Assembly: GCF_000015225.1 (NCBI RefSeq)
Contig: NC_008698.1
Location: 480,001-512,000, forward strand
From: Thermofilum pendens Hrk 5
GTDB taxonomy: Archaea; Thermoproteota; Thermoprotei; Thermofilales; Thermofilaceae
Length of the DNA: 32,000 nucleotides
Direction: 5' to 3'
A model generated the notes under the pieces. The model was not told the DNA's origin and searched no databases. It saw only the letters and a list, made by a program, of their open reading frames with translations. The position numbers and the translations under genes are program-made. Position 1 is the first letter of the stretch. Every line of letters starts with the position of its first letter. This document shows positions 8,154-16,396 of the stretch, in pieces.

Positions 8154-8175
8154 AACCCCTCGATTTCCACTGGAG
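8154..8175 (-). promoter_or_regulatory. ORB-like element 3 (best match to the ORB consensus)
   Basis: The minus strand reads CTCCAGTGGAAATCGAGGGGTT. It contains the TCCAGTGGAAA core and the G-string known from Sulfolobus, Aeropyrum and Pyrococcus ORB/mini-ORB elements. Confidence 0.7.
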
Positions 8176-8368
8176 TTCTGGAAAGAGAAAAGATCTTGGA
8201 TATAAGCTGTTTATTCCTGTGAATAAATCTCTTTTTATGAATAAAGTTGCAAAAATTCGAGAACAGAGTATTAAGGCAAAAAATAAGCGTTATTCCGTTT
8301 CTACGCGCGGCGTCTAACGTAAAAGATGGCTATATTAAGCCCCAAGGGCGCTTATACAAGGGTGTTTA

Positions 8369-8761
8369 ATGGCGCCTAGGATCAAGATAGAGGATACATC
8401 GGACACGGGCGAGAAGATAACGCTGACCATAGAGGGACCTGAGATAGACGAGACGAAGCTACTACAGCTCATTCAGGCTCTAAAGGCTATTAAGGGCGAG
8501 GAGCAACCTAGAGTTATCGAAGCCTCCGAGTCTATGAAGGCTAGGATTTGGAGAATAATAGTGGAGAACTTCGGCGACGGGACCTGGTTCAGCCTCCGGG
8601 ACCTTCACAACGTCGCCTTAAAGGAAATGCCCGACCTGAAGATAACCGCTGTGTCGACGTATGTTTCAAGGCTTGTTGCGGAAGGCAAGTTGATAAAACG
8701 CGGCACAAAGCCTAATACGCGTTACAGGGTCTACACGTCGCGCGTAACAGCGCGCGTTTAG
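8369..8761 (+). CDS. Small winged-helix DNA-binding protein (130 aa), hypothetical
   Basis: The C-terminal half (WFSLRDLHNVALKEMPDLKITAVSTYVSRLVAEGKLIKRGTKPNTRYRV) reads as helix-turn-helix plus a beta-wing. A TATA-like TATATTAAG lies about 30 nt upstream, so the transcript is probably leaderless. Confidence 0.6.
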   Translation: MAPRIKIEDTSDTGEKITLTIEGPEIDETKLLQLIQALKAIKGEEQPRVIEASESMKARIWRIIVENFGDGTWFSLRDLHNVALKEMPDLKITAVSTYVSRLVAEGKLIKRGTKPNTRYRVYTSRVTARV

Positions 8762-8763
8762 GC

Positions 8764-9336
8764 CTACTTTACGGAGACTACGAGAAGCTTCGCAATATCG
8801 CTCTTCGTAATTATCCCCTTGATCTTCATCTCGTCCTCCACCAGTACGGCGGGGACGCCTCTCCCGAGCATTCTGGCAACAACGCGTATCTTGGTCCCGC
8901 AGGATATTATGGGCAGGGGGTCCGACATTACGTCGGCAGCCGTGAGCTGGGCTGCGCGGGTATTTTCGCGTATGAATGCCCGTAGAACGTCGTCGTCGAA
9001 CACTGTGCCCAAGTTTTCGTTCGACGAGTCGTCTATGACGGGTAGCTGGCTGAAACCTTTCTCCCACATGATCCTAGCCACTTCGAGTAGGCTAGTGGAA
9101 GGCTTTACGTAGACGAGTGGCGACGACATAACCTCGCAAGCCGTGAGCTCCTCCTCCATGAAGCTCTCAAGCGCACGGTATATCTTCATGAGAGTGGAGA
9201 CTCGAGGGTTAACCTTGCCCGCCTCTATCCTCGCTATAAGGCTCTGGCTCACCCCCGCCCTTTGGGCCAGTTCAACCTGCGTTAACCCTGCGCGTAACCG
9301 TAGTAGCCGGAGTTCTTCGGGGGAGGGTATCGGCAT
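8764..9336 (-). CDS. XRE-type HTH + tandem CBS domain transcriptional regulator (COG3620-like)
   Basis: EELRLLRLRAGLTQVELAQRAGVSQSLIARIEAGKVNPRVSTL is a Cro/C1 HTH, followed by two CBS-like repeats. I prefer the ATG at 9336 (MPIPSPEEL) over the ORF-track start at 9372, because family members start just before the HTH and a TATA-like GTTAAAAATG sits about 30 nt upstream of 9336. Confidence 0.85.
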   Translation of the reverse strand: MPIPSPEELRLLRLRAGLTQVELAQRAGVSQSLIARIEAGKVNPRVSTLMKIYRALESFMEEELTACEVMSSPLVYVKPSTSLLEVARIMWEKGFSQLPVIDDSSNENLGTVFDDDVLRAFIRENTRAAQLTAADVMSDPLPIISCGTKIRVVARMLGRGVPAVLVEDEMKIKGIITKSDIAKLLVVSVK

Positions 9337-9377
9337 ACCAAAAAAGTAATAGGTTCGATGCATTTTTAACATTTGCG

Positions 9378-9425
9378 ATGATGAGTCCTAGCCTAGCGAT
9401 CTGTGAGCTGGAGCCTAAGTTCTGA
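9378..9425 (+). ncRNA. Weak candidate C/D-box sRNA
   Basis: C box ATGATGA (9378-9384), a 12-nt spacer, degenerate D'/C' (CGAT / TGTGAG) and D box CTGA (9422-9425). No convincing terminal stem. Confidence 0.25.
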
Positions 9426-9437
9426 GCGAGAAGCTGG

Positions 9438-9556
9438 TGGGCCCGCCGGGATTCGAACCCGGGACCCTTCCCGCACGCGTAGCGAGCTACGCGTGACCCG
9501 GTTATGAGCCGGGTGCTGTAGGCTCGGCGGGATCCACCTGGCTGAGCTACGGGCCC
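9438..9556 (-). tRNA. tRNA with anticodon CAT (elongator Met or Ile2-type) interrupted by two non-canonical introns; CCA is encoded at 9435-9437
   Basis: Minus-strand features: acceptor GGGCCCG/CGGGCCC, anticodon arm CCCGG-CTCATAA-CCGGG, and T arm CCGGG-TTCGAAT-CCCGG. About 16 extra nt lie in the 3' half of the D arm and about 29 extra nt in the variable region, including a perfect CACGCGTAGC/GCTACGCGTG hairpin. 119 nt minus 45 nt gives a 74-nt mature body. Confidence 0.85.
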
Positions 9557-9639
9557 TGCGTGGCTTGATATTGCAAATTACCTAATAAAGATTGCGCGGT
9601 AAACGTGCGCACGCGGACGCACGACTGTTTAGGCGCAGT

Positions 9640-10974
9640 TTAGACCTCTTTTAAAGCTTCCCTCAAGGATTCTTCTAGTATGCGTAGCCCGGTCTCCATT
9701 TCTTGCTGGGTTATTATCAGGGGCGGGGCTATCCGGATAGTGCTCACCCCGGCTCCTATCACGAGCAGGCCTTTCTTGAAAGCTATCTCGAGCGTTTTCT
9801 GCAGGAGCTTTGGGTTCGGGGAACCGTCTCTCGCGATGAGCTCTACGCCTATCATGAGCCCTTTCCCACGCACGTCTCCTATATAGGGTATTTCCTCCTG
9901 TAGCTCGCGTAGCCTCTTCATCGCGTATTCACCTACTCTCGTCGCGTTGTCCAGGAGTTTTTCCTCCTCTATTACCTCGATCGTTGCGAGAGCTGCGGCG
10001 CAGCTGACGGGGTTTCCTCCGAAGGTGGAGGCGTGGGAGCCCGGAGGTAGGTCCATGACTTCCGCCCTACCTATTATCGCGCCCAGCGGGAGCCCCGAAG
10101 CTATCCCCTTGGCTACGGCTATTATGTCGGGTTCCACTCCGAAGTGCTCTATCGCGAACCACTTCCCGGTTCTCCCGAATCCGCTCTGGACCTCGTCTAC
10201 CACCAGGAGTATTCCGTACTTGTCCGCTAGCTCGCGTAGCCTCTTAAAGAACTCGGGCGGCGGTACTATGTAGCCGCCTTCCCCCGCTATCGGCTCTACG
10301 ACGAATGCGGCGACCTCCTCTGGGGGTACGTACTTCTTGAGCATCCACTCTTCGATGAAGTCGACGCACCAAAGGTTGCATTCAGGGTACTTCTGCCTGA
10401 AGGGGCACCTGTAACAGTATGGATAGGGTGCGTGGAACACGCCGGGTAGTAGCGGGCCTAGGTGTCTTCTCTGTACTGGCTTGCTACTCGTGAGGGAGAG
10501 GGACCCGTACGTTCGCCCGTGGAACGAGCCGGCAAATGCGATTATGTAGGGCCGCGTGCCCCTGAAATGCCCTCTTGCAGTCTTTATTGCTGCCTCTATG
10601 GACTCCGTTCCGCTGTTCGTGTAGAACACCTTCTTCGGGAAGCGTCCCGGAGTTATCGATACAAGCTTCTCGGCGAGTTTGACGGGCTCCTCGTAGAGGA
10701 AGTCCGTCAAAGAGTAGTGAAGTAGCCTCTCTGCTTGTTCTTTTATCGCTTTGACGACTTTAGGGTGGCAGTGCCCCGTGTTCGTCACGCCTATCCCGGA
10801 GTTGAAGTCCAGGTAGACGTTTCCGTCGACGTCTTCGACCCACACGCCGTGTGCGCGCTTGGCGACCAAGGGGTACCAGCGCGCGAAGCTCTGCATCAAC
10901 AGTGCGGAGTCCTTTTCGGCGATCTTCCTAGAGTTAGGTCCCGGAGGCTCAACGATTATTTTCGGTCCGTTCAC
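9640..10974 (-). CDS. Class-III PLP-dependent aminotransferase (4-aminobutyrate/ornithine aminotransferase family)
   Basis: 444 aa with hallmarks GxxxxNxGHxHP, FxNSGTEsxEaAIKxAR, DEVQSGFGRTGKWFA and AKGIASGxPLGA (PLP lysine). Substrate specificity cannot be read from the sequence. Confidence 0.9.
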   Translation of the reverse strand: MNGPKIIVEPPGPNSRKIAEKDSALLMQSFARWYPLVAKRAHGVWVEDVDGNVYLDFNSGIGVTNTGHCHPKVVKAIKEQAERLLHYSLTDFLYEEPVKLAEKLVSITPGRFPKKVFYTNSGTESIEAAIKTARGHFRGTRPYIIAFAGSFHGRTYGSLSLTSSKPVQRRHLGPLLPGVFHAPYPYCYRCPFRQKYPECNLWCVDFIEEWMLKKYVPPEEVAAFVVEPIAGEGGYIVPPPEFFKRLRELADKYGILLVVDEVQSGFGRTGKWFAIEHFGVEPDIIAVAKGIASGLPLGAIIGRAEVMDLPPGSHASTFGGNPVSCAAALATIEVIEEEKLLDNATRVGEYAMKRLRELQEEIPYIGDVRGKGLMIGVELIARDGSPNPKLLQKTLEIAFKKGLLVIGAGVSTIRIAPPLIITQQEMETGLRILEESLREALKEV

Positions 10975-11034
10975 ATTAAAAATTTACGTAGATAATGATA
11001 TAAATTTGTTTGCCGAAAAATTGGCGAGAATGTT

Positions 11035-11592
11035 ATGAATGAATCAGTTGACGTGGTGTGGCTTGGGCGAGGAGGACAGGGTGCCGTTACGGCAGCGAGT
11101 CTGCTCGCGCAGGCAGCGGTGCTTAGGGGCAAGTATGCGCTCGCGATACCTTTCTTCGGAGCCGAGAGGCGCGGCGCGCCGGTCTTCGCCTACACGAGGA
11201 TAGCCGACGGGACCATCCTGAGCAGGGCGAGGGTGAAGAGGGGGGACATACTGGCTGTGTTAGACCCCTCGTTGCTCGGGCAGGTGAACGTGGAGTCTTT
11301 GCTTAAGCCGGGGGGAAGGATTGTTATCAATACGGGTGGTAGGCGCATCGAGGTGGGCGCGCGGGGCGAGGCTTACTGCGTGGACGCTGTGAGTATAGCG
11401 GATTCGCTTGGTCTGCGTCTAGCGGGCATCGTGTTGGTTAACATGCCGATGGTGGGGGCTGTCGGGAGGGTGTACGGCGGCGTCGGCCTCCCCGACCTCG
11501 AGTCGGCAGTAAAAGAAGTTATTAAGGTGCACGTAGAGAGAAACGTAGAGGCTGTAAAGAGGGGATGGGAGGGTGTCGGGCACTGCGAGTAA
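11035..11592 (+). CDS. 2-oxoacid (pyruvate/2-ketoisovalerate):ferredoxin oxidoreductase, gamma subunit
   Basis: 185 aa with the GRGGQG motif near the N-terminus. It is the first gene of a gamma-delta-alpha-beta operon. Confidence 0.85.
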   Translation: MNESVDVVWLGRGGQGAVTAASLLAQAAVLRGKYALAIPFFGAERRGAPVFAYTRIADGTILSRARVKRGDILAVLDPSLLGQVNVESLLKPGGRIVINTGGRRIEVGARGEAYCVDAVSIADSLGLRLAGIVLVNMPMVGAVGRVYGGVGLPDLESAVKEVIKVHVERNVEAVKRGWEGVGHCE

Positions 11593-11836
11593 GCTTCTGG
11601 CTAAACCGGTAGTTGGGGCTGTTGCAGCGGGTAGCTGGCGCACCGAGAGGCCCGTCGTAGACATGTCTAAGTGTAGGCTGTGCGGGGTCTGCTGGCTCTA
11701 CTGCCCCGACGGAGTTATAGAGATCGACGAGGATGCAAGGCTCGTTAAGATAGACTACGACTACTGTAAAGGTTGCGGTGTATGCGCCGCTGAATGCCCC
11801 TTCAAGGCTATAAGCATGGTGAGGGAGCATGAGTGA
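11573..11836 (+). CDS. 2-oxoacid:ferredoxin oxidoreductase, delta subunit (2x[4Fe-4S] ferredoxin-like)
   Basis: Two cluster motifs, CRLCGVCWLYCP and CKGCGVCAAECP. The GTG start overlaps the gamma stop. Confidence 0.85.
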   Translation: MSGTASKLLAKPVVGAVAAGSWRTERPVVDMSKCRLCGVCWLYCPDGVIEIDEDARLVKIDYDYCKGCGVCAAECPFKAISMVREHE

Positions 11837-12995
11837 CGGGGGAAAGAGGATACTCTTAACGGGTAACTACGCTGCCGCCTACGCCGCTAGGGACGCGGAC
11901 CCCGACGTCGTCTCCGCGTACCCCATCACTCCTCAGACCCCCGTTATCGAGAAGATAGCCGACTTCATAGCATCGGGAGAGCTAAACGCGAAGTTTGTAC
12001 GCGTAGAGTCGGAGCACAGTGCGATGGCGGCACTGATAGGAGCTGCGAGCGCGGGGGCCAGGACGTACACGGCGACTTCCAGCCAGGGTCTTTTCTACAT
12101 GTACGAGGTGGTATGGTGGGCGGCGGGAGCCAGGTTGCCCATAGTGATGGGCATAGTTACGCGCGCTCTTGGACCTCCCTGGAACATTTGGAGCGAACAC
12201 TCGGACTTCTACGCCATAAGGGATAGCGGCTGGAACATGTTCTTCGCGTCGAGCGCACAGGAGGTTTACGACTTGACGCTGATCTCGTACGGCGTCTCCG
12301 AGAATCCCGACGTGTTGCTTCCCTCCGCGGTCGGCTGGGACGCCTTCGAAGTGAGTCATACGTACGAGCCTGTCCACGTGCTTGGGAGGGAGGAGGCATC
12401 AAAAATCCTGCCTCCCAAGGGTGCCTGGAAGCCGCCGCTGACGCCCGAGGATCCCTCCTCTCTCGGGAACCTAGCCTACCCGGAGGAGTACGCGGAGGTC
12501 AGGCGGACCCTGAGGGAGGCCTCCGAGAAAGCCCTCGGAGTGTTCAGAGAGGTTGCAACCAGGTACTCGAGGATCACGGGGAGGAACTACGCGGGGCTCT
12601 ACGAGTGCTACAGGTGCGTCGACGCGGACGCGCTTATAATAGGGATGGGCTCCATAATAGGGGAGGTCTACAGGGCTGTCGATCTCCTCAGGGAGAGGGG
12701 CGAGAGGGTTGGAGCTCTAAAGCTCTGGGTCTACAGGCCTTTCCCATACGAGGAAGTCGCCAGGAGGCTGGAAAACGTCAAGCTCGTAGTAACCGTAGCG
12801 AGAGCCTCCGTGTTTGGTAGCCTCTCCCCCCTCGGCTTAGACGTTGCCTCGGCGATCACGCTAGGAGGTCTCGACGTGAAGCTCGTGGACTACGCGGCGG
12901 GCGTCGGCGGAGTGGACGTCTACGCGGAGGACGTGGTGGGGATGTACGAAAAGGCTAAGGCTTCGAGAAGCGGGGGTTTCTGGTGGGTGAGGTGA
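11829..12995 (+). CDS. 2-oxoacid:ferredoxin oxidoreductase, alpha subunit
   Basis: 388 aa: LTGNYAAAYAARDADPDVVSAYPITPQT...ESEHSAMAA is typical of the POR/VOR alpha N-terminus. It overlaps the delta stop. Confidence 0.9.
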   Translation: MSDGGKRILLTGNYAAAYAARDADPDVVSAYPITPQTPVIEKIADFIASGELNAKFVRVESEHSAMAALIGAASAGARTYTATSSQGLFYMYEVVWWAAGARLPIVMGIVTRALGPPWNIWSEHSDFYAIRDSGWNMFFASSAQEVYDLTLISYGVSENPDVLLPSAVGWDAFEVSHTYEPVHVLGREEASKILPPKGAWKPPLTPEDPSSLGNLAYPEEYAEVRRTLREASEKALGVFREVATRYSRITGRNYAGLYECYRCVDADALIIGMGSIIGEVYRAVDLLRERGERVGALKLWVYRPFPYEEVARRLENVKLVVTVARASVFGSLSPLGLDVASAITLGGLDVKLVDYAAGVGGVDVYAEDVVGMYEKAKASRSGGFWWVR

Positions 12996-12996
12996 G

Positions 12997-13899
12997 ATGT
13001 CGCACAAGGCCTTCCCGCGGGAGGAGTACATACTGAAGGGGCACGCCGCGTGCCCTGGTTGCGGCGCGACACTGCTACTGCGGCACGTACTGAAAGCCCT
13101 TGGACCCAACACGTACCTGGTTATCCCGGCCTGTTGTACGAGCGTGATAGCGGGACCACACCCTAGGTCTGCGTTCAAGGTGCCGGTGCTTCACATAGCG
13201 TTCGCTGCAAGCGCCGCTGCCGCATCAGGCATGGTGGAGGCGTTGGAGAAGCTCGGGAAGCCTGCGAATGTCGTCGTGTGGGCCGGGGACGGCGGGACGG
13301 TGGACATAGGACTCCAGGCCTTGAGCGGTGCGGCGGAGAGAGGACACAACCTCATCTACATATGCTACGACAACGAGGCCTACATGAACACGGGGATTCA
13401 GAAGTCAGGGTCCACTCCCTACAAGGCTTGGACCACGACGACTCCCACTGGGAATCTGAGTGTAAAGAAAGACGTACCGTCGATCATGGTGGCGCACCGC
13501 GTCCCCTACGTGGCTACGATAAACCCTGCCTACGTGAATGACCTCTACTACAAGCTTAGAAAGGCGGCGCAGATAAAGGGAGGGTTAAAGTATATCCACG
13601 CGTTCTCCCCCTGCCCTGTCGGGTGGAGGTACGACTCCAGCTTAACGGTCAAGGTTGCCCGCCTAGCCGTAGAGACTGGGGTGTGGGTTCTCTACGAGGT
13701 TGAGAACGGTATGTTCAGCCTTACGGGACCCAGCAAGGCCTTAGTAGACAAGAGCAAGAGGAAGCCCGTCGCGGAGTACTTAAGGCTTCAGGGGAGGTTC
13801 TCGCATCTTAAGGAGGAGGACATCGCCGAGATTCAAAGACTCGTTGACGAGCAATGGGAGAGAATCGCGGAGATACTACGGGAGCAGGAGAAGGGCTAG
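12997..13899 (+). CDS. 2-oxoacid:ferredoxin oxidoreductase, beta subunit (TPP-binding)
   Basis: 300 aa with an N-terminal Cys motif (ACPGCG...C) and the TPP motif GDGGTVDIGLQALSGAAERGHNLIYICYDNEAYMNTG. Confidence 0.9.
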   Translation: MSHKAFPREEYILKGHAACPGCGATLLLRHVLKALGPNTYLVIPACCTSVIAGPHPRSAFKVPVLHIAFAASAAAASGMVEALEKLGKPANVVVWAGDGGTVDIGLQALSGAAERGHNLIYICYDNEAYMNTGIQKSGSTPYKAWTTTTPTGNLSVKKDVPSIMVAHRVPYVATINPAYVNDLYYKLRKAAQIKGGLKYIHAFSPCPVGWRYDSSLTVKVARLAVETGVWVLYEVENGMFSLTGPSKALVDKSKRKPVAEYLRLQGRFSHLKEEDIAEIQRLVDEQWERIAEILREQEKG

Positions 13900-15510
13900 C
13901 GAGACAGCAAACGCCAGAAAGACTACGGCTAGGCTGTCCCTAGTGTTTTTCTTCGTTGCAACAGAGATGCGGCGGAGCATCTCGCCGTCCATGAACCTGC
14001 CTCTGAATGGCACTGAGCAGTAACCCACCCTAACCTTCGAGACGTTTTTCAAAGCTTTTTCAACGCAAGACATACAGGTTTCCAGGACTTTTTCGGGGCT
14101 CAGCGCTCCTACTGGGTAGTAGTCGACGTTCCTGTATAGCCCCGTGTATAGGTGGGTATCCGTAGTCGCGACCAAGACTTTTTCGAAGGACTCCTTGAAC
14201 GTGCGTAAAACGCGTTCCTTGAAGTCTGGCGTCATGTTGTTTCCGTCTATGCTCAGCAAGAGGAGTTTCTTGCCGGCTATTTGAAGCACGGCGCATGCAA
14301 CCCCGCCGGGACCTACGGAGGCTCCATCAGTGTATTCTACACGCGCGAAGCCGGCGTAAATCTCTCCCTCTGCTTCAACCTCCTCGGACGCCTCGTGAAT
14401 CGCGGAAACGATTTCGGCAATTTCGATTTCGTCGTCTTCGTCTATCTTCAGGTAGCCGGGAGCTATCATGTTGTGGAGGTCTACCGCTACGGCCCCCTCC
14501 ACGGCGTGGGACTCCTCCGAAACCCTGTACGGCAAGTCCTCCATGATCACCTGGGGGTCCAGGAACACCAGGTCCGGTATCTCGCCGAAAGCAAGCCTTA
14601 CAACGTCTACTTTTCCACTAGAGGAGTAGCCTAAACCGCACCTGTCAACCGCGGGGCTAGGCGTGCAGCTGCACACGGCGCCTGCCAGCTCCTCGGAGTA
14701 CCTGAGCCTGGGAAGATTTTCCGAGTGAGTACACGGAGCCTTCAAAAACAGCGTTGGTGTATCCCTACACTTCGCGATGAGTTGTGGCAGAGTGCTACTA
14801 CCCAAGTCTCTGAGAGGACCCGGGTGCACGTTGGAAATCACGAGGCGCCCGATTTCGCGATCGGCTGTGAACGAGTAGACATGTACCTGCAGGGTCCTTT
14901 CGACGGATATTCTCTCAAGGTATTCCTCGACCTCTGACCGAGCCCCCGAAAGGATGTACTTCAGGAACGCCTCGAGGAAGCCTACCCCGCTCACTCCCGC
15001 CGCCTTCCTTATCCTGCGGTCGACCACGAAGAATACAGTAGAAGACGCCAGGAAGAAGGCTGAGAGGATGTACAGTGCGCGGGGGTCGTTGTGCGCTACG
15101 GAGAACCAAAGGAAGTAGAGTATAGCCAGAGCGCCGGCTTTCCATACGCTTAGGATGCCGACTGCGAGCAGAAAGCCGACAAGCCCCTCGAGCACCGTGG
15201 CCAGTATGGGGGGCTTGCGGAGTACAAGCACTAGTGGGAGCATTGCGAGGTACAGGAGGAACACCCCTAGAGAACGCCTGAAGTTAAACACTCTCCTATC
15301 GCATACGTGGAGGTAGAGCGGGACGGCGGCTCCCAGTAAGAGCGAGTGAAGTAACTCGCTTGGCGGCACTCCTAGTAGCAAGGAGGCTCCAAGGGAAAGT
15401 AGTAGCAACGAGAATGAGATCGGTGCAAGAACACGTGTAGCGGGTAGCCTGATAATCCACTTATAGCTACTTTTGAATCCCTCGAAGTGGTCTCCATGAG
15501 TCCCAATCAT
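13876..15510 (-). CDS. Polytopic membrane protein with a large soluble C-terminal domain, uncharacterised (possibly the archaeal DUF2070/COG3356 type)
   Basis: 544 aa with about 6 hydrophobic helices in the first 170 residues and one at the extreme C-terminus. Its 3' end overlaps the POR beta 3' end by 24 nt (convergent). The family name is from memory only. Confidence 0.65.
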   Translation of the reverse strand: MIGTHGDHFEGFKSSYKWIIRLPATRVLAPISFSLLLLSLGASLLLGVPPSELLHSLLLGAAVPLYLHVCDRRVFNFRRSLGVFLLYLAMLPLVLVLRKPPILATVLEGLVGFLLAVGILSVWKAGALAILYFLWFSVAHNDPRALYILSAFFLASSTVFFVVDRRIRKAAGVSGVGFLEAFLKYILSGARSEVEEYLERISVERTLQVHVYSFTADREIGRLVISNVHPGPLRDLGSSTLPQLIAKCRDTPTLFLKAPCTHSENLPRLRYSEELAGAVCSCTPSPAVDRCGLGYSSSGKVDVVRLAFGEIPDLVFLDPQVIMEDLPYRVSEESHAVEGAVAVDLHNMIAPGYLKIDEDDEIEIAEIVSAIHEASEEVEAEGEIYAGFARVEYTDGASVGPGGVACAVLQIAGKKLLLLSIDGNNMTPDFKERVLRTFKESFEKVLVATTDTHLYTGLYRNVDYYPVGALSPEKVLETCMSCVEKALKNVSKVRVGYCSVPFRGRFMDGEMLRRISVATKKNTRDSLAVVFLAFAVSLALLLLP

Positions 15511-15576
15511 CGGGCTCGACGCAGACGCTCGCGATAAAAAGTTTAATGTTTATGCGGCACTGGTCTTAGGGTCTGC

Positions 15577-16350
15577 ATGGGCGCGCACCGCGAGGCCCCC
15601 TGCGAACGGCTCGCTAAGGAGGTTTCCGTGGCATTCGTAGAGCCGCTTTACGAGCAAAACATAGGTTACATTGCCCGCTCCATGAAGAATTTTTGTCTCG
15701 CGAAGCTCTACCTGGTGAAGCCTAGGTGCAGCGTGGGGCTTGAGAGCAGGAGGTACGCGATGCACGCGGCGGACATAGTGGAGAACGCCGTGATCGTTGG
15801 AAGCCTCGGCGAGCTCGTAGGTATGCACGACCTAGTTGCTTGTACAACTGGAGTTAAGGGGAAGCCACCCCTGCGGAGGTACGTATCACCTGGCGAGATG
15901 GCTTCTCTCTTTGCCGAGTCTACGGGGTCTAAGCTCGTCGTAATAGGCAGGGAGGACTGGGGGCTTAGCGCGGAGGAGCTTTCAATATGCGACATGCTTG
16001 TAACTATAGAGGCGAACCCCGAGTACCCGTCGCTTAACGCTTCCCACGCCGCCGCGATAGTATTCTACGAGCTTTTCAACAAGTATCACTCGGTTCAGCA
16101 GAGCTTGGAGAGGCCGCCGAGAGAGGAAGTGGAGGCTTTCCTGAAGCACCTCGGAGACCTTACCACGCTACTAGGCTACGATGAAACAAGGTCTGAACGC
16201 CTCCTGCTCTCGATTAAACGTTTGCTAGCCGAAACACGTTTCTCGAAGACGGATCTGAGGATTCTCTTCGGGCTCGTGAGAGACAGTTTGGAGACCATAA
16301 AGCGTACACACCGAGAAAGCGCGCGAATAACGCATAAGCAGTCGAAGTAG
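15577..16350 (+). CDS. SPOUT (SpoU/TrmH-class) RNA 2'-O-methyltransferase, TrmJ-like
   Basis: VAFVEPLYEQNIGYIARSMKNFCL...LVKP, then LVVIGREDWGLSAEELSICD and the IEANPEYPSLNASHAAAIVFYE knot motifs. Confidence 0.8.
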   Translation: MGAHREAPCERLAKEVSVAFVEPLYEQNIGYIARSMKNFCLAKLYLVKPRCSVGLESRRYAMHAADIVENAVIVGSLGELVGMHDLVACTTGVKGKPPLRRYVSPGEMASLFAESTGSKLVVIGREDWGLSAEELSICDMLVTIEANPEYPSLNASHAAAIVFYELFNKYHSVQQSLERPPREEVEAFLKHLGDLTTLLGYDETRSERLLLSIKRLLAETRFSKTDLRILFGLVRDSLETIKRTHRESARITHKQSK

Positions 16351-16396
16351 CGCGCAAGCCTAGTCGCGCGCGGAACTAGGACGATTAAAGCGGAAA

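Larger units (their letters stand above)
7961..8175. other. Candidate replication origin core (three ORB-like boxes plus AT-rich spacers)
   Basis: See the three ORB features. Elements 1 and 2 form an inverted pair around a 70-bp AT-rich spacer inside a 479-bp AT-rich intergenic region. Confidence 0.6.

Noticed and set aside
7961-8175. The repeated about 25-nt elements might be taken for a degenerate or mini CRISPR array.
   Set aside because: There are only three copies, in mixed orientation, with unequal spacing (about 70 nt) and imperfect identity, and no cas genes or leader. The sequence matches the ORB dyad plus G-string pattern instead.
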